This document shows positions 12,125-25,940 of a stretch of DNA of 64,000 bases, piece after piece. The notes under the pieces are model-generated. The model was not told the origin of the DNA, did not search any database, and was given only the letters and a program-made list of their open reading frames with translations. Origin of the DNA: Phoronis australis (taxonomy: Eukaryota; Animalia; Phoronida); NCBI GenBank assembly GCA_002633005.1, contig NMRA01000363.1, positions 119,536 to 183,535 on the forward strand. The letters are read 5' to 3'. The first letter of the stretch is position 1. Every line of letters begins with the position of its first letter. The position numbers and the translations under genes are program-made.

Positions 12125-14030
12125 TTCATTCATTCATTCATTCATGTATTTCAACATTTAAGGCCTTGGCCCACATGTTACATAAAATTTACAGGATAAC
12201 GCTGAGCAGCTTTTCCCTGAGAGCAGTGGCGTGAAATACAAATTTCATTACTGTAGATTAATCTGAGCAATGGGCTCAGGCATTTTCATTAGCTTTACAA
12301 ATTTATGTTAATTTGGTTCATGCCAGCACAACTCAGGTATAAATGCAGTTCTCAGAGAACAGTACATTTTACAAACACATAAAATGGTATTCATCTTCAA
12401 TTAAGGACACACAGAAACAACACACACGGTATTTTTGGTCCACAAGAGCCCTTCCACCTTTCTCTATCATCAAGTTATGGTTGGAGCAGCGTAATTTAGC
12501 CATAGCTGCTAAAAAGATATATGGAATATCACGCAACAGATAGGATTCCATTTCAATTTTAAATGAGGAATATGTATTAAGTTTTGAACTATTCTCCACA
12601 GCAAAGCTCCAGTCTTGTAAAAAACAATCTTTAATTCACTGCTCAAATAGGACAAGAGGCTTCGCAGCCAACTCCCTAATTGTACCATACCAATCCAAAA
12701 CCATAACTTTGCAGCAAATTCCTAACAGATGAAGCCCAATTTTTCCTACCAGCCTCATCCAGTGTGACAAGCTTGACATAGACAGATTTTGGATTTCGAT
12801 GTGCCGGCATTTTTAACAATTTAAACCAATACTTGATCAGTTTAACACATAACTTTACATAAATTGGATACCTTCCCAGTTCTCCCAGGACAGCATGATT
12901 TGAACAGTTACTTCCAACACCCAGCAGTTGCTTACAGAATTTCAGTAGGACGCGTTCAATACTAGAATATTCTTTAAATCCCCAAATCTCACTTCCATAG
13001 CTAATGATTGGGTATACATTTTACCAAAAATCTCGAGTGCAATGTTTGATGAAAGTCGTCCACATTTTGACTGAAAACGTTTACTTAAAAAAGTTGCTTT
13101 CTGTGCCTGGTGAGACAAAGTTTCGGTAGCTTGCGTCCAGACTAACTTAGGAGTAAGATAAATACCCAGGTACTTATATGATGAGATGACATCAATTTTG
13201 TCATTTCTGAAATGCCATTTTTCGTATTTTCTCAATCATCCGCCTTTTCTAAATACCATTATTTTTGTTTTTGAAAGATTGACTTTCATACCCAATCCTG
13301 ACAGTATTCATGCAGAGCATTAATTTGTTGCTGTAGTTTAAATGCTGTCTCTGCCCAACCAACCATATCATCAGCGTATAGCAACATACAAATTTGAGGC
13401 ACATTCTCATTTACAAAAATTCCGCTAATTAAAGATTCTTTTAAGTAATCAACAAACTCTTTCAAATACATAATAAATAAAAAAGGACTTAGCATACACC
13501 CTTGAGGAGTACCAATATTATTACTGAAAAAATCAGTTAACCCACGCTCAGTTCTTAACACACGCCCTTAGCTTTGAATACATACTTTTCATTAATTTTA
13601 AAACACTACCATGAATTCCTATTTTTGAAGCCTATTCCACATAAATTTATGTAAAATGCTGTCAAAGGCACGAGAAAAATCCACGTATATAGCAAGTACT
13701 TATCAACAATTCCTTGTAAGGTAAAAATTTGGTCTACTGTACTATACCCCTTTCAAAAACCAGCCTGAGCTTCGTTAAATAAGTCATTATCGTTGGTTCA
13801 ACTTGTCAGACGAGCGTTTATAAGTTTCGTAAAAATTTTCCCGAGAACAGGCAGAAGTGAAATACCACAATAATTATTTACGTCATTGACATCCCGTTGC
13901 TTATGTAAAGGACATCTTATAGCATCACACCAGGACTGAGGAAATTCCCCTGATTGTAGAGCACTATTAAAAATGTTTGTCAAAACATGTTATATAATCT
14001 TTGGTGGACTTAAAGAGTTCATAAACGAAT
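12125..14030 (-). mobile_element. 5'-truncated, decayed non-LTR retrotransposon (RTE-X/CR1-like RT)
   Basis: Broken ORF pieces FPQSW..I.PLHK...NY.GISLLPVLGKIF, GTPQGCMLSPFLF, LLYADD, YKYLG and C-terminal LRCSNHNLMIEKG..RVC..C..IEDEYHF; (ATGA)n tail near 12128-12144. Confidence 0.92.
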
Positions 14031-15183
14031 CCTATAAATAAAGGCTCATTTAGAGCAAGTTATATAACAAAACAGTCCTTCACACCAAGGCATTCTGGGT
14101 AATAGTGTTCTCGTCATATATTTTTTATCACTTTATGCCATCCCTCACACGAAAACCAATACACATAAAATGGTGGAAACTTATAACTATCAACTGTATC
14201 TCGGTTACATAACCACTAAACCGTAAATATCTTCTAATCTCATCAGTAGTACCAAGCCTTAGATTTCCGTAATATCCCCCAGGAGTCTTCAATTACCCAA
14301 AAGGATTTTTGCACCCAAAAAGAGTCCCAGAAGATTGTGATGGAAATCGTTTATGGAACGTAGAACGTAGGAGGCAGTGTAAGCCTGTGGTAGAGTTGCC
14401 GACTCCTAATTTAAAGGTCACCGCTAGACCACACTGCAGGACACTTTAGTACGTATACAGTCTTCCGCAGCTCAGCAGCTCAAGTGCAAAGTTGCACCTT
14501 GCTTGTATCTAAGAAAACACCATGGCTAACACATGTAACATAATTTTCCCCAGCAACCACCTTACAAGGTCTGATGCAAGAGGAACTGTCAGACATTCTG
14601 GGCTTGACTATTCACTAATCCATAGGGGTTACAATAATCTTCTAAGCCAGGACCATAAACTCTTTTCTACTTGTGTTTATTTACATAGTCCAACTGGAAC
14701 AGTTATGACTGAGAGCAGGGCTCGTAACTGCTTTCACTGACCTGGCATGTGATTTTCAAAGGACCTATTGTGCGTGAATGACATCCATGACCTACATCAG
14801 CCTGCAAAATTCTAAGCCATTATGCAGACTAGTTACCCCTTCCAAGCCCAAAACAGATGCTCGTGGCAACACCTTAGTTCGCAGGTGCGTAACTTCAAAA
14901 ATATTATGCTGAGTAAGTTTATATTATTTCCGCACTTTTTGTGCGCTTCCGAGCCAGGCATGCAAAATTATTCTGACCAGAGATCTTTTCAGTCCCTGTT
15001 CTCTAATAGTCACCATGGTTCCTCCGTGGAGAGGGTTTAGAAATTCCCTGAATGTATATGTAACACAGTTGTACATTCCAAGCTACCTACTACCAAAACA
15101 TTGAATCCATAACCAGTACGCTTGTTCAAGTCAGTGCACTACTGTATACTCCAAATTACCCACCGTATATGATCATGTGATCA

Positions 15184-15332
15184 CTATACAGTATGCTTGT
15201 TCCAGTCATAGTACGTGTATGCTGGTGTATACTCCAAATTTCCCATTGTATAGTCGTTGTCATCCTCATCTTTCACATTGGTAGGGCCATACACACATGA
15301 CTCATATGATGGTGGTGGTGGTGGCGGCGCAA
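15184..15332 (-). CDS. ARRDC last coding exon with PY motif
   Basis: LAPPPPPPSYESCVYG...YTPAYTYYDWNKHTV*, TAG at 15186-15184. Confidence 0.9.
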
Positions 15333-16429
15333 CTAGACAAAAATAAAATACAATTTAAAACATTTTGCATTCCAAGTTTTTAGGGAGTCCGCTGGAGAAC
15401 CAATCAAGATTCTAGGAATGTCAATTTTTCAACTGCTCGGCGGCATTACAGTGTATGGAACGGCCGTGGCACCTCTTTAGCGATTGTAAGTATTTTCATT
15501 GGCGAGTTTAGTTCTACTGTCATGTACGGAGAAAATGGCGCCTTACAGAAGTCGTCTGTTTTTCTTTGTGTTTAAGTGTCAAATTGAAAGATTATCTAGC
15601 TACCGAGACAAAAAATGTAAAGCGAATTATATTTTAGCTCATCCACCTCAAATATAGGCTATGTTTCAGTTACAACTCAAGTCACAGGCAATGCAAACGT
15701 CCGCCTATTTTCACTTCTGCAGTGTACAGGTTGGACAACCCCAATTAATGACGCCTTTCCTTGAGTCACTGATGGTTTTGATGTTCCTTTTGTAAATGAT
15801 TGTAGAATGCTATCAAGTTGAAGATTTTGTGAGATTGATTCTCTGTGAGTGTAACAACTAATTCATTTTTTATTTTTAGCTAGTTCGCAGAAAGACTAAG
15901 TGCAGATTTAATTACAAAAAGTTGTCAAGAACACGACAATAAAATTATTGCCATACCGCATTCACTTACAAATGAATCACACATCAACGATTGCCAAAGT
16001 CAAATCTTGTTTCATAACACTAAAAACGACTCTGTACATAAGCTGCTAAGAGGGTGAAATACAGTATTCAATCACTGATATTACTTACGCATGCCATCAT
16101 CTGATGTTCCCAACATGGAGGGATCGGCTGGCAGCATGGGCGGGACTTTTGAGTGAGAAGCGAGGGCACGGCGGGCATGCTGCAGGTCATAGTTACCCCC
16201 AGCATAGTATGCGGCAACGACAGGCTGTGGTGGGATGGTGCCGATTAGGACACTGAGCGGAATGTCAAGGTCAAGGCTGGGACCTGATGGGTCAACTTCG
16301 AGCTGAAATGAGATGGACAAGGGTGACTGATCTCCTGAGTGATGAACAATGCCCCCTACTGGCAGTGGTTTGGGGGTGAGAAATAATACATAACAAATTA
16401 GTGTAATACAATAAAGAGAAAACACATTT

Positions 16430-16488
<59 letters not shown>

Positions 16489-19400
16489 GGAGATCCTCGA
16501 ACAGGACCATCATACAACAAAATCGAATACAACATAAAACAGGTAAACAACAGAAAAAATGGGAGCCAGGGTAATTATTAACTATTCATATTTGAAAAAA
16601 ATTAAAGATGAATTTCGCCTCTGTTTCCTCAATGTTGAATTCCAAATCCAAAATTTTTGGGGCTGAAACCATTGCTTTGCTCATTCAATCTGGAATTGGT
16701 ACCGAACGAGCCTCAAGTCAAGTCACAGCTAAACCTGCAACTTACAAATACAAAAAACTTTTAGTACTATCAGCAAAGGGGTTATTTGGCTTTGAATATA
16801 TTTTTCTTGCATAAGAAGATGTGACTTAATATGTCCTCACCTGGCATTAATAAAGACACAGTAGTAAGAAGCAGATTTTTAGAATCCTCAATTTTTCTCC
16901 TTTCAGAAAATATAAATACAAAGCATAATTTTTTCGATATTATACTTTGGAGTTGAGCTCGTTTACTGAGGTCCTTAATCACCTTAACTGCAATGTGATG
17001 TCAACCTTTGAGCACATAGTATCACAGAACATACAGCAGTCTAAAATGTGTATGCTCCTGAGTGTTCTCTCCTAAGAGCAGGCAAGAATGTGCCGTCAAC
17101 TCAGGTGGATATGTTGCCCCCCCCCTCAGGAATAATCTTACAGTAGGTGGGTAATTCGACCTCAGTGACACCCCTACCTTTTGTGTGGAAGAGCAACCCT
17201 CCAGGTGCATGTAAGACTGAAGACAAGTACCATACTCACAGCAGTGAGTTTAAAATAATGTGGTAAGAAATTATTGTCTTTGAAAAAAGAAGACCTTACC
17301 GTGAGAACATAATTAATATCGATGATCTTGCAACCAATGAGGTTCGAGGGTGGAATAGGTGGTATTTTGAGCTGGGCGTTGATCCATTCGTCTTCCGAGT
17401 TGGGGGCGATCTCCCCTTTCACCATAGAGGCCACTAAGTTGGTCGTCCTGCGGGTTTTAGTCGTCGCATGGAAGGCTATTTTCTGATGGGGTACATATTA
17501 ATCAAAGCAGTTGTAGTATTATCTAAAACTTACTTCTCTGTCGTGATTGTACAAGTAAGCTGCAGAGTAAATGTACCAGCTCACATTACATGACACATTC
17601 TCTTACTGAAATTCCTCTACATAATTTAAGAATATATAAAATGGAGATGCATGGTTGCCGTATGTCGCACTATTTGGCCCTGCATGTGTGTCTGTGTGGA
17701 ACTGCGCTTATTCACAAAACTTGCGCGCATGCTTCAGTATGTAAACCACTTGTCAATGAGTAAAAAAGGCAGAGTGAAAAATGACATTATTTCGGATATA
17801 CGTTCATGGGCTTAAAGGCAATATGGTAATACAAAACTATCACTAAATATCTTGAAAATATGCCAAGGAACTGCAAAGGTATAAGGGTAAAGTAATGTAA
17901 AATATTTCCACTAGGAGGCACAGTGGTAATCAAAATGAGTGTGCCTATATGCGAATTAAAGTATGGGCCTATGTGGGGGACATTATTTCAGCTTACACGC
18001 AAAACTTAGGCGCTTGCACCAATATAAGAACCACTTGAATAAAAAAGGGTGCAAAAAGGCATTGTTTCGAATATAGGTCCACGGAAATCACAGGCGCAGC
18101 AATACAGTATTAACTAAAACAAATTTCATAGTTTGAGAAGTTGAGATGCCACTGCAATCATTACAAGTCATTCTTAGCAACAGCACTGTATATGCCGAAA
18201 TATCGTTTCTCCACAATGAAGTGTCATTCAAGCCACTCAAAGTGAATTCCACTTGTACTCAGCCACCACAACAGGTGAATCCGGGTTATTTTGTCCAGTT
18301 GTCTTAGGCGTTTACTGTAGCAGCTGAAGAAGGCGACTCATGAAAGTGACTCTGAAAATCTGAGACTAAAACTTACAATTCTGTGGTCAGAAGTGCAGTT
18401 AATACTATGGATGCGAATTATTTGTTTTTTGTAAAAGTAGTGCGAAATAAGTGCATTACTGTTTTTAAGTTCTACACCACAGATACCACAAGACAATGTT
18501 TTGAAAAACTGTGGATCTTCACAATTATATTTAGAAGCTTTATAAAAAACATCAATTTTAGTAATATCATAAATATCCAAAAGTGGCATGACAGACCTAG
18601 TACAGGTGCAAATTCAAGAGAAAACCCAACTAAACTTGTCAACTAAATCGTGAGTTTCAATCACCCGCATTCGTTGCCAATACACAAACCCAACTTGCTG
18701 GGCTGCAAACAGTCACAGGCACATAATGATATAAGGGGTCATAAGGGGTTATACCAGCCCAAGCAGCTGTGGACTGAATTCAAAGGAATACATCCAACAA
18801 TTCAATTTTACCTGTACTGGGGGAGACTTTATGGTAAATCTTTTTTCAAAACAGATTTCAATTGATGTAAACCAACCAACCTGAGAGAGCTTAAGACTGG
18901 ACTTGTCCATTTTCCGTGAACTGTGATTGCGTATGTGAGCGTTAACAGTGATGGACTCCCCTGGTACATAGCCTGTACGTGGAAGCGAGATGCAGCCAGT
19001 GATTGGACCATTCTTACAGCACAGACAACACAGGAACTTCTCATCAGAATTCTCCTGAGGGTTCTACGACAGACACAGTGGAGTTAGGTGCATTGTGGGA
19101 GAATAATTCTGTCCTCTATTCAGGTCAAGTTAAATTAGCAGCTCACAGCAAGATTCAATACAACCCCTTACCCCAGTTTAGTCATACCTAAAACTTTAGT
19201 CAAGACTAATTTGTGACTATATAGTAAGTCATGATACGACTAACTTAGAATATGGGGCACCACTACAACTAAAGAAGCTGACTAAATTACTCAATCCAAA
19301 ATATTACTGGAGATATCGATCATGATGGTACAAATAAGAAATTAAAATTAATGAGAACAAGGGCAATGCATTACTATGCGTCCTCCAAATGCATCACGTA

Positions 19401-22400
19401 TAGCGCAGATACAAGGGATGTTCACTATTTCAAACATTCCCACTAAATGGAGCAACAGTTAACTAGTAAACATAAAATAGCCCCCACGGGGCGCATGGCA
19501 AGTCAGTAATGCTCTCCTTAATAGGAAAACACCTGCTTAGATCGTAAAAAAATAAAACGCGACACAGTGGTAGTCATATGTGTCCAAAAGTTGTTGATGA
19601 CCCCTAAATGAGTTACAAACTGGAGTAAAACCACAAGAATTTTCAAGTAAAAACCCATGATTTCGAGTTCAGACTTGGATTTATACCTTTAACGTAATGG
19701 TGTAAACTGGGATTACAATGCCGTATTTTGTACTCTAGCACAAAAACATAACAGTCACAAGTTTGCAAAAAGTAGAATTGAAAATGACAAAAATGATTCC
19801 AATTTAGTCATTAAAAATAGACCCAGTGCCCTGGCTATGTCAACCAGGTTACAGTATTCTGGCCATCTGTAAACACTCTAAAGCTTCAACGTGATAAGGT
19901 CATTCACACAATTGCATGCATTGACGGCACTACTTACAAGAGCTAAAGGCTCCCTGTTCAAGTCCAGAACACTCAATACAGTGAAACACTTCTTGGTATC
20001 GTGGTCAAAATTCCATGGCCTGTCTATGGTGGCCTTTGCATAGTAGCGTACATGACCCCACTGACCCTCAAAGGACGAGGGAAGATTCGGGGTTAGATTG
20101 AACTGGAATGGGTATGTGTAATGACCAGCGGGTAACTCAGGGTCAGGACCACCTTCACCTGGGGCTGAAATTACAACAAAAATGTACAATTCAGCAAGTT
20201 GTTATAGCGTGACTGAAATTAGTCTTGAACAGGTGTCCATAGTACTGATGAACAACAGTGTTAGTGTCTTTCCTACTTCATGTTCTACATGGGACTGATA
20301 ATGGTAACATTTTATTCTTTTATTTTTCTGGACGATGCCCTTTTGCTTAGTTCCTTCCAGCAATCAGTATGGACTGTCAGTCATGTAAGCATGGACACGT
20401 CAAAGATTTAGGAGTCTAAGCTGTGTTTTCCTACACAGCCAACGGAGACAGTTGAATACTAAAACCAGGGTTCTCAAATAACTGTTTTCACTGGCGTTCC
20501 ACATCAATTTCAAGAGGCCAGTTGTATGTGAAGGACACCCATGGTGACACCCAGGATGACACCCACAATTTGCAACCATTTGAAAACTTCTAAGCCACTA
20601 TGCAGACTACTAGTTTCCCCTCTCAAGACCAAAATGATAAAGCAATGTTCGACGCACATATTAAAACATAACTTTTTTCTAGACCCCTCAGTTACACAAA
20701 AATACACAATAAAAGCTGAACATCAATTCCGAATACATTATGGCAAATGAGAGACATACAATTACTCACGTTTCTCATAAAACAGCTACGAGAAAATATT
20801 TTGAAAAATTGTTCAGGGCACTCAAAAAACGTGAGGAGCCCTTTGCCCGTAACAATGTTTCATGACTTTGGTTCAAAACGCTCACCTTTACCAAAGAGAA
20901 CAACTACTTGATCGAAGTACAGTTCACTGGACGAGTAGCATCGTGTAACAGTTGTTGTGCTTTTACCAGTGGACACAGTCTGTGTCTCCGTCCAGTGCAC
21001 CTTGGCCTTTCCATGAAACCGCAAATGAATGCCTGTAAGACACCAACATCATTCTGCTATTAAAGTGCCACACACAATTTATTACTGGATATTGTAAACT
21101 TTAAAGCGTGGCGGTGCAACACCATCTTTGAGAACCATTTGCTTCAATGGGGGAGATTCGTTGATGTTAACTTGAATGGAAGTTTGAAGATTGTGATTTC
21201 GGTCTGTCAACTAGTTAGCTCAGCTGTGTAGGTCTTTGAACAAGATTAAATCAAGCGACAGTAGAATCTAACCTAAGAAACAATCAATGAAATCCATCCA
21301 GTACAGAGGGTGTTATATGCTCTGCCTTACAAGGTACCTAAACTACACGGTTAACGGACTCATAAACACGGTCACGGACGCATGAACACGACTCATGGAC
21401 CTGCAAACACAGTCCACTGACTCACAAACACGGGAATTGACTCACAAAACACAAACCATTCACTCAAATATACGAGGAAACACGGTTAACGGACCGCCAA
21501 ACACGGGTCACGGACTCATCCGCTTCCTAGGTCAGCTAACATCTTCATTTTGTTTGGCGGTCCATTAACTGTGTTTCCTCATGAACGTGAGTCCGTGTCC
21601 CGTGTATTTGGGTGAATGGATTGTATTTTGTGAGTCCGTTCCCGTGTTTGTGAGTCAGTGGACGGTGTTTGCAGGTCCGTGAGTTGTGTTCATGCACCGT
21701 GTTTATTAGTCCATTAATCGTGTAGTTTTGTAGGTACCTTGTTATACATCTCCATAATTATTTACTAGTATATGCAACACCGTCTGAGACATATTCAAGC
21801 TTTGTAATAGAACCACTTATCCTTATAAGCAATATTTGTGATTCTTGAAGGTCACATGTTGCTTTAAATTGAGCACAGTTTAGTTAAACCACAGTGCAAT
21901 AGAGTTCACTGTTGAACAACAGCGCATAAACAAGATAATTTTAAACACACGCAACTGACGCAAGAGTACAATAAGCTGTTGCATATACTGGACAGTGATA
22001 AGTTAAGTGGCATACAATGGTATGGTATTATCTATTTACTGACATATCTGTTAAGAACTGCCAGAAGATTTATGCTCACTTCTCTAAACAGCTCGTACAC
22101 TACTGGACAAACTTTTTTCCGTTGACCAGTTCCTGATATTGTGGAATGCTAACAGCATTCCCTCTTGAGGGAAAGCCTAGACACTGATGAAGCTTGCATG
22201 GTTCCATAATTCCGCCTGGTTTTATTCAATAGTTGTCGGACAGGTACAGAAAAAATGCTAGCGAGTTTCATCACCATTTTTACATGGACAGCACACAGCA
22301 TCTACCTGGAACTGCATAGCTATTTTTGGCCTGCTGGAGTTAAGTAGCCCCTTAGCCATATATAGGCTACTGCTGACTGACATCCAGACATGACATTGGC

Positions 22401-24287
22401 TTTCCAATGCCCACACTAGTGAGGCCGTCATATTTCTCAGTTCAGAGGCCTGCTTAACAAAGTCACTGTGGGAGTGTGTTATGACTGGCTTTACAACGTC
22501 CATCCACCTTTCTTTGGGTATTGGATTTTCCATGAGATCTTGTGCATTAGGCATATTACATTTGTTCACAGTGGATGCAGGACGAACCAACTCCTACGAC
22601 TTCAGCACCCATAAGGCTGCGTAATGCCTGTCTTGCCTTCCCACTTCCAACCAATGGACAGTGAAATGTTATTGTTCTTGCATGTCTAATCTGAGATGTT
22701 CGAGTTTTGTTGTTATGCAAATAGGTAAAAATTAGAAATTATGTAAATTTACATATGATTTGGAATATCTGTTGACCAAAGGGCTGTGTATGTCTCGGGA
22801 CTTGCACGCAAGCACAGTGCTCTTGATGACTGTAATACTAAAACATGTCTAAAAAAGCATATCCACCGCATGTCATATCTTTGTCAGTAGAAAGGAGATT
22901 CAGTTTATTATAAAGGAGGATGCTCATCGCAGGTGACAATTAATGCAATGACAAATGTGGACTCCTTGTTCTTTTATGCTCGACAGATTTTAAATTCACT
23001 GAAAGTGACAAAACAAGACGTTGTCACCACCTGTGACCCACAGACCACGACAAAATTGCGTCATCACCAATGACTGCTATAGGCATTTGAGTGAGTCTTG
23101 TGGGTGCCTTTAATGTGGGCACTAGCTGGATGCAGCGGTCCTCAGACATTAAAACCACATTTATCCATGTAACATAGTATCATTTTAGCATCCATGTGTT
23201 TGTAGAAATTATTCTCTCTGCTGTTTGTTTAGCCATAAGTTCATGAGGTAACTAAATTTTTAATTAATCGACAGTTTTTTGCCGACTTTATCCACAGTGG
23301 GACCGCTACATCCGAACAGAAAAGTGCCGGCGTGATTGTTACGCATCCCTGCTGTGGAATATGAGTATAATCAGGCCCGAATGAATTGGTCAACTAGTCG
23401 GGATAGACATCCATCAGTTTGACAGTGGCAAATCCATGATGTTTACAATTGTCCTGCAGCTCTAGCTCTATATTGTCTGCCTTCATCTGATAAGCTGACG
23501 TAATCCAGAAATTGCTGCATTAGCACGTCTGATGCTAATCGATAGAAAAATACTATTTGCAAATGACTTTTAACAAATGTCGTGAAGCGGATGTGTTTTG
23601 TACGTATGAAATACTTTCACCAAAAAACTTAATCGAATGGAGAAAAATGGTTGACTTTCTGAGAAATTAGACTTAACTTTCACCAGTAGATTCCTAAATG
23701 TGCATGTTCAAGCTCTGACCAGCTTAACCAAAAAGTAATGTGTACCAACACAAAATAATTGATTGACAAGTTTAATCGAGCGTGATTCGAGATTAGTTCG
23801 CCAAAGTGGAAATTCCTTGATGTTTACACTTCAGGAGAATGGTCAAGGCTAATGATTATGGGTCAGAAGTAGGCCTATATAACCCCTCCCGATAATCTGA
23901 AGACTATAGCCTATTGGATATGCCTATAGTTAGTATAGTATGCTATCCTATAGCATGGGTAGCGCACGGCATTGAAAACCCTCTATGGTGCGCCGCCCGT
24001 GTATGTCAGTGGTCACAAATGACAATGGCGCTGCTGAAGGAAAATGAAGCAGAGACAATACAATAACACTAAGTCTGTACCTGCCTCATTAGGCCTACTC
24101 AGTAGGCTACTGAGTGAAGACGTATACGCACATGTCTAATTGATTAATGAATTCACCCGGCCAACAGACCTTTCATTTTCTTTGGCGCATTCAACTCGAC
24201 GGTAACATGACCGGTAATAGGCTGGCCAGCATGATACACGGCTTGCGGATTGTCGTAGATGATCTCAAAAACAGTCAAATTCCCCAT
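15184..24287 (-). CDS. Alpha-arrestin (arrestin domain-containing protein, ARRDC2/3/4-like), 406 aa, 7 exons
   Basis: Exons 24287-24170, 21032-20886, 20164-19938, 19063-18881, 17482-17300, 16302-16089 and 15332-15184 sum to 1221 nt in one open frame. Arrestin-N motifs (G.A.V.W.E; LPAGHYTYPFQF.L..NLPSSFEGQWGHVRY), arrestin-C motifs (CCLCC.NGPI...RTGYVPGE; LKIPPIPPS..CKIIDINY) and a C-terminal PPSY PY motif are present. Confidence 0.95.
16089..16302 (-). CDS. ARRDC exon 6
   Basis: LEVDPSGPSLDLDIPLSVLIGTIPP... Confidence 0.9.
16432..16484. repeat. (TA)n microsatellite
   Basis: Pure TA run of about 52 bp in ARRDC intron 5. Confidence 0.97.
17300..17482 (-). CDS. ARRDC exon 5
   Basis: KIAFHATTKTR...LKIPPIPPSNLIGCKIIDINYVLT. 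Confidence 0.92.
18881..19063 (-). CDS. ARRDC exon 4
   Basis: NPQENSDEKFLCCLCCKNGPITG..RTGYVPGESITVNAHIRNHS..LKLSQ. Confidence 0.92.
19938..20164 (-). CDS. ARRDC exon 3
   Basis: ...LPAGHYTYPFQFNLTPNLPSSFEGQWGHVRYYAKATIDRPW...LDLNREPLAL. Confidence 0.95.
20886..21032 (-). CDS. ARRDC exon 2
   Basis: GIHLRFHGKAKVHWTET...YSSSELYFDQVVVLFGK. Confidence 0.92.
21329..21742. mobile_element. Foldback/palindromic MITE in ARRDC intron 1
   Basis: Ends acaaggtaccta / taggtaccttgt; arms of ~170-190 bp are imperfect reverse complements built from acacgg/gactca subrepeats. Confidence 0.85.
24170..24287 (-). CDS. ARRDC exon 1
   Basis: MGNLTVFEIIYDNPQAVYHAGQPITGHVTVELNAPKKMK. Confidence 0.9.
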
Positions 24288-24441
24288 CCTTTCTTCTCGA
24301 CATACAGTGCGTTATTTGCATAGTTGTCACCAAGGAAAGAGAGCTTAGCCAGACGATTTCGACATCGTAAAATCAAGCGAACCTGGCGGCGAATCAGCGA
24401 AACAGTGGGCAGCATCCAGGTAGCACATGCATCCAGCCTCC

Positions 24442-24583
24442 CGTTCAGTAACGCTAGGACCTCCCTAAAAAGCAAGATTTCGGGAGATTACGTGAGATAT
24501 TGCAGTGCATTTTAAATGAGAGCACGTGACTTTGACTAGATTTTAGCTAGGTCCTAGCGTAGGTCCTAGCGTCTACTGAACGC
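24442..24583. mobile_element. Short TIR element (MITE) just upstream of ARRDC
   Basis: cgttcagta-acgctaggacct ... aggtcctagcgtctactgaacg inverted ends. Confidence 0.6.
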
Positions 24584-25051
24584 ACGCCAGGTACATGGGC
24601 CTCACCGTCGGCGACTAACCAGGTCACGTACGAACTAGTTCAGTTGTTAATGACGGTGCAAGTCTTGTCACAGTGCTATAGTAAACGCGGCCTACAAGCA
24701 GGTAGTCCAGACTTATAGTGAATACCTACGTGAAGTCAGACGGTGACTTCACGTAGGTATTCGCTGTACAACTAACTCAAGCCCGGAACACACTGCCAAA
24801 AGACGTCCTCACTCCAGAGGTGTACACCCCAGACAGATTTCAAAATCGTGCCCAGAGTCATGTGACTTAATGTATTCAAGCTCACCGTGAAAACAATAGA
24901 CACACACACAGGGACGAACACAGACAGCACCGCATGACGCCACACAATGAAAGAATTTCACATTCACAACATAATCTGGTTCCCGGGCCTCACAAAGTGA
25001 CGTCACGGATAGCTTTATTCTCGTCTGTGCAGGTCGAGACTAATTCACAAC

Positions 25052-25940
25052 AGTGCTGTGCGTGAACTTGGAATCCTGCTTAATCTCAAGACCGCGTATG
25101 CGTGAACTTGGAATTGAACATCTATTTGGGCAATCGGGTGAATTTTTTTGTTCAGTGTAAAGAATTTTTGTAATTATTGGCCTTATAATCACTCATTTTC
25201 TCCTTCTCCGTAACTTGTGTCAAAGAATAGGAGGAATTTGTGATTGGTTAAAAAAAATTGTTTGGTGAATGAGGTCGCCATGTAGTTGACAAAAGATTAG
25301 TTGAATTTTACAAAAACCCTGGAAAACTTCGATCTACCGAATGTTACCATCAGTACTTAAATTCTGGCTCATCGTCATATAGTTCACGTCAATTGTATTT
25401 TTAAGAAATACAACAATAGCATTGTGGTACCATCGAAGTCAAGACGCCGGGGTGAGCATAACCGGATCCGGACAGGCATGCGTTCCGTAGATTTACGAAC
25501 TTCACTGATCACCTTGCGAGAGAATTTCAGTATAATTAGTTGACCACGTGTGTCTGCTGTGCGTGAACTTGGAATCTTGCTTAATCTCAAGACCGCGTAT
25601 GCGTGAACTTGAGTGAAATACACATGGAAACTTGACAAGTTCACTCAAATAATCACCTTGATAAAAATTTGCATTGCACTAAATCGAATAACATGTTGAT
25701 AAAATAACGTAAATTTTAACCAATCATTTTTCAACTATTCGCGATCTTATTCACCAAAGAATAATTGATTTAACACTGAACATATTCCGCCCGTTGACTC
25801 AAGTTATGCTAGGGAGAAAATGGGTGATCATGAGGCCAATAATTACAAAAGTTCTTTACGCTGAACAAAGAATTCAATTCCAAGTTCAAGCATACGCGAT
25901 CTTCGAGATTAAGCAGGATTCCACGTTCACGCACAGCATG
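25052..25940. mobile_element. Long-TIR non-autonomous DNA element with an internal extra TIR copy
   Basis: gtgctgtgcgtgaacttggaatcctgcttaatctcaagaccgcgtatgc at 25052, direct copy at ~25555, inverted copy at ~25873-25939; complementarity extends about 200 bp inward. Confidence 0.8.

Noticed and set aside
22258-22590. 110-aa ORF in ARRDC intron 1
   Set aside because: No recognisable domain, and the arrestin frame is complete without it.
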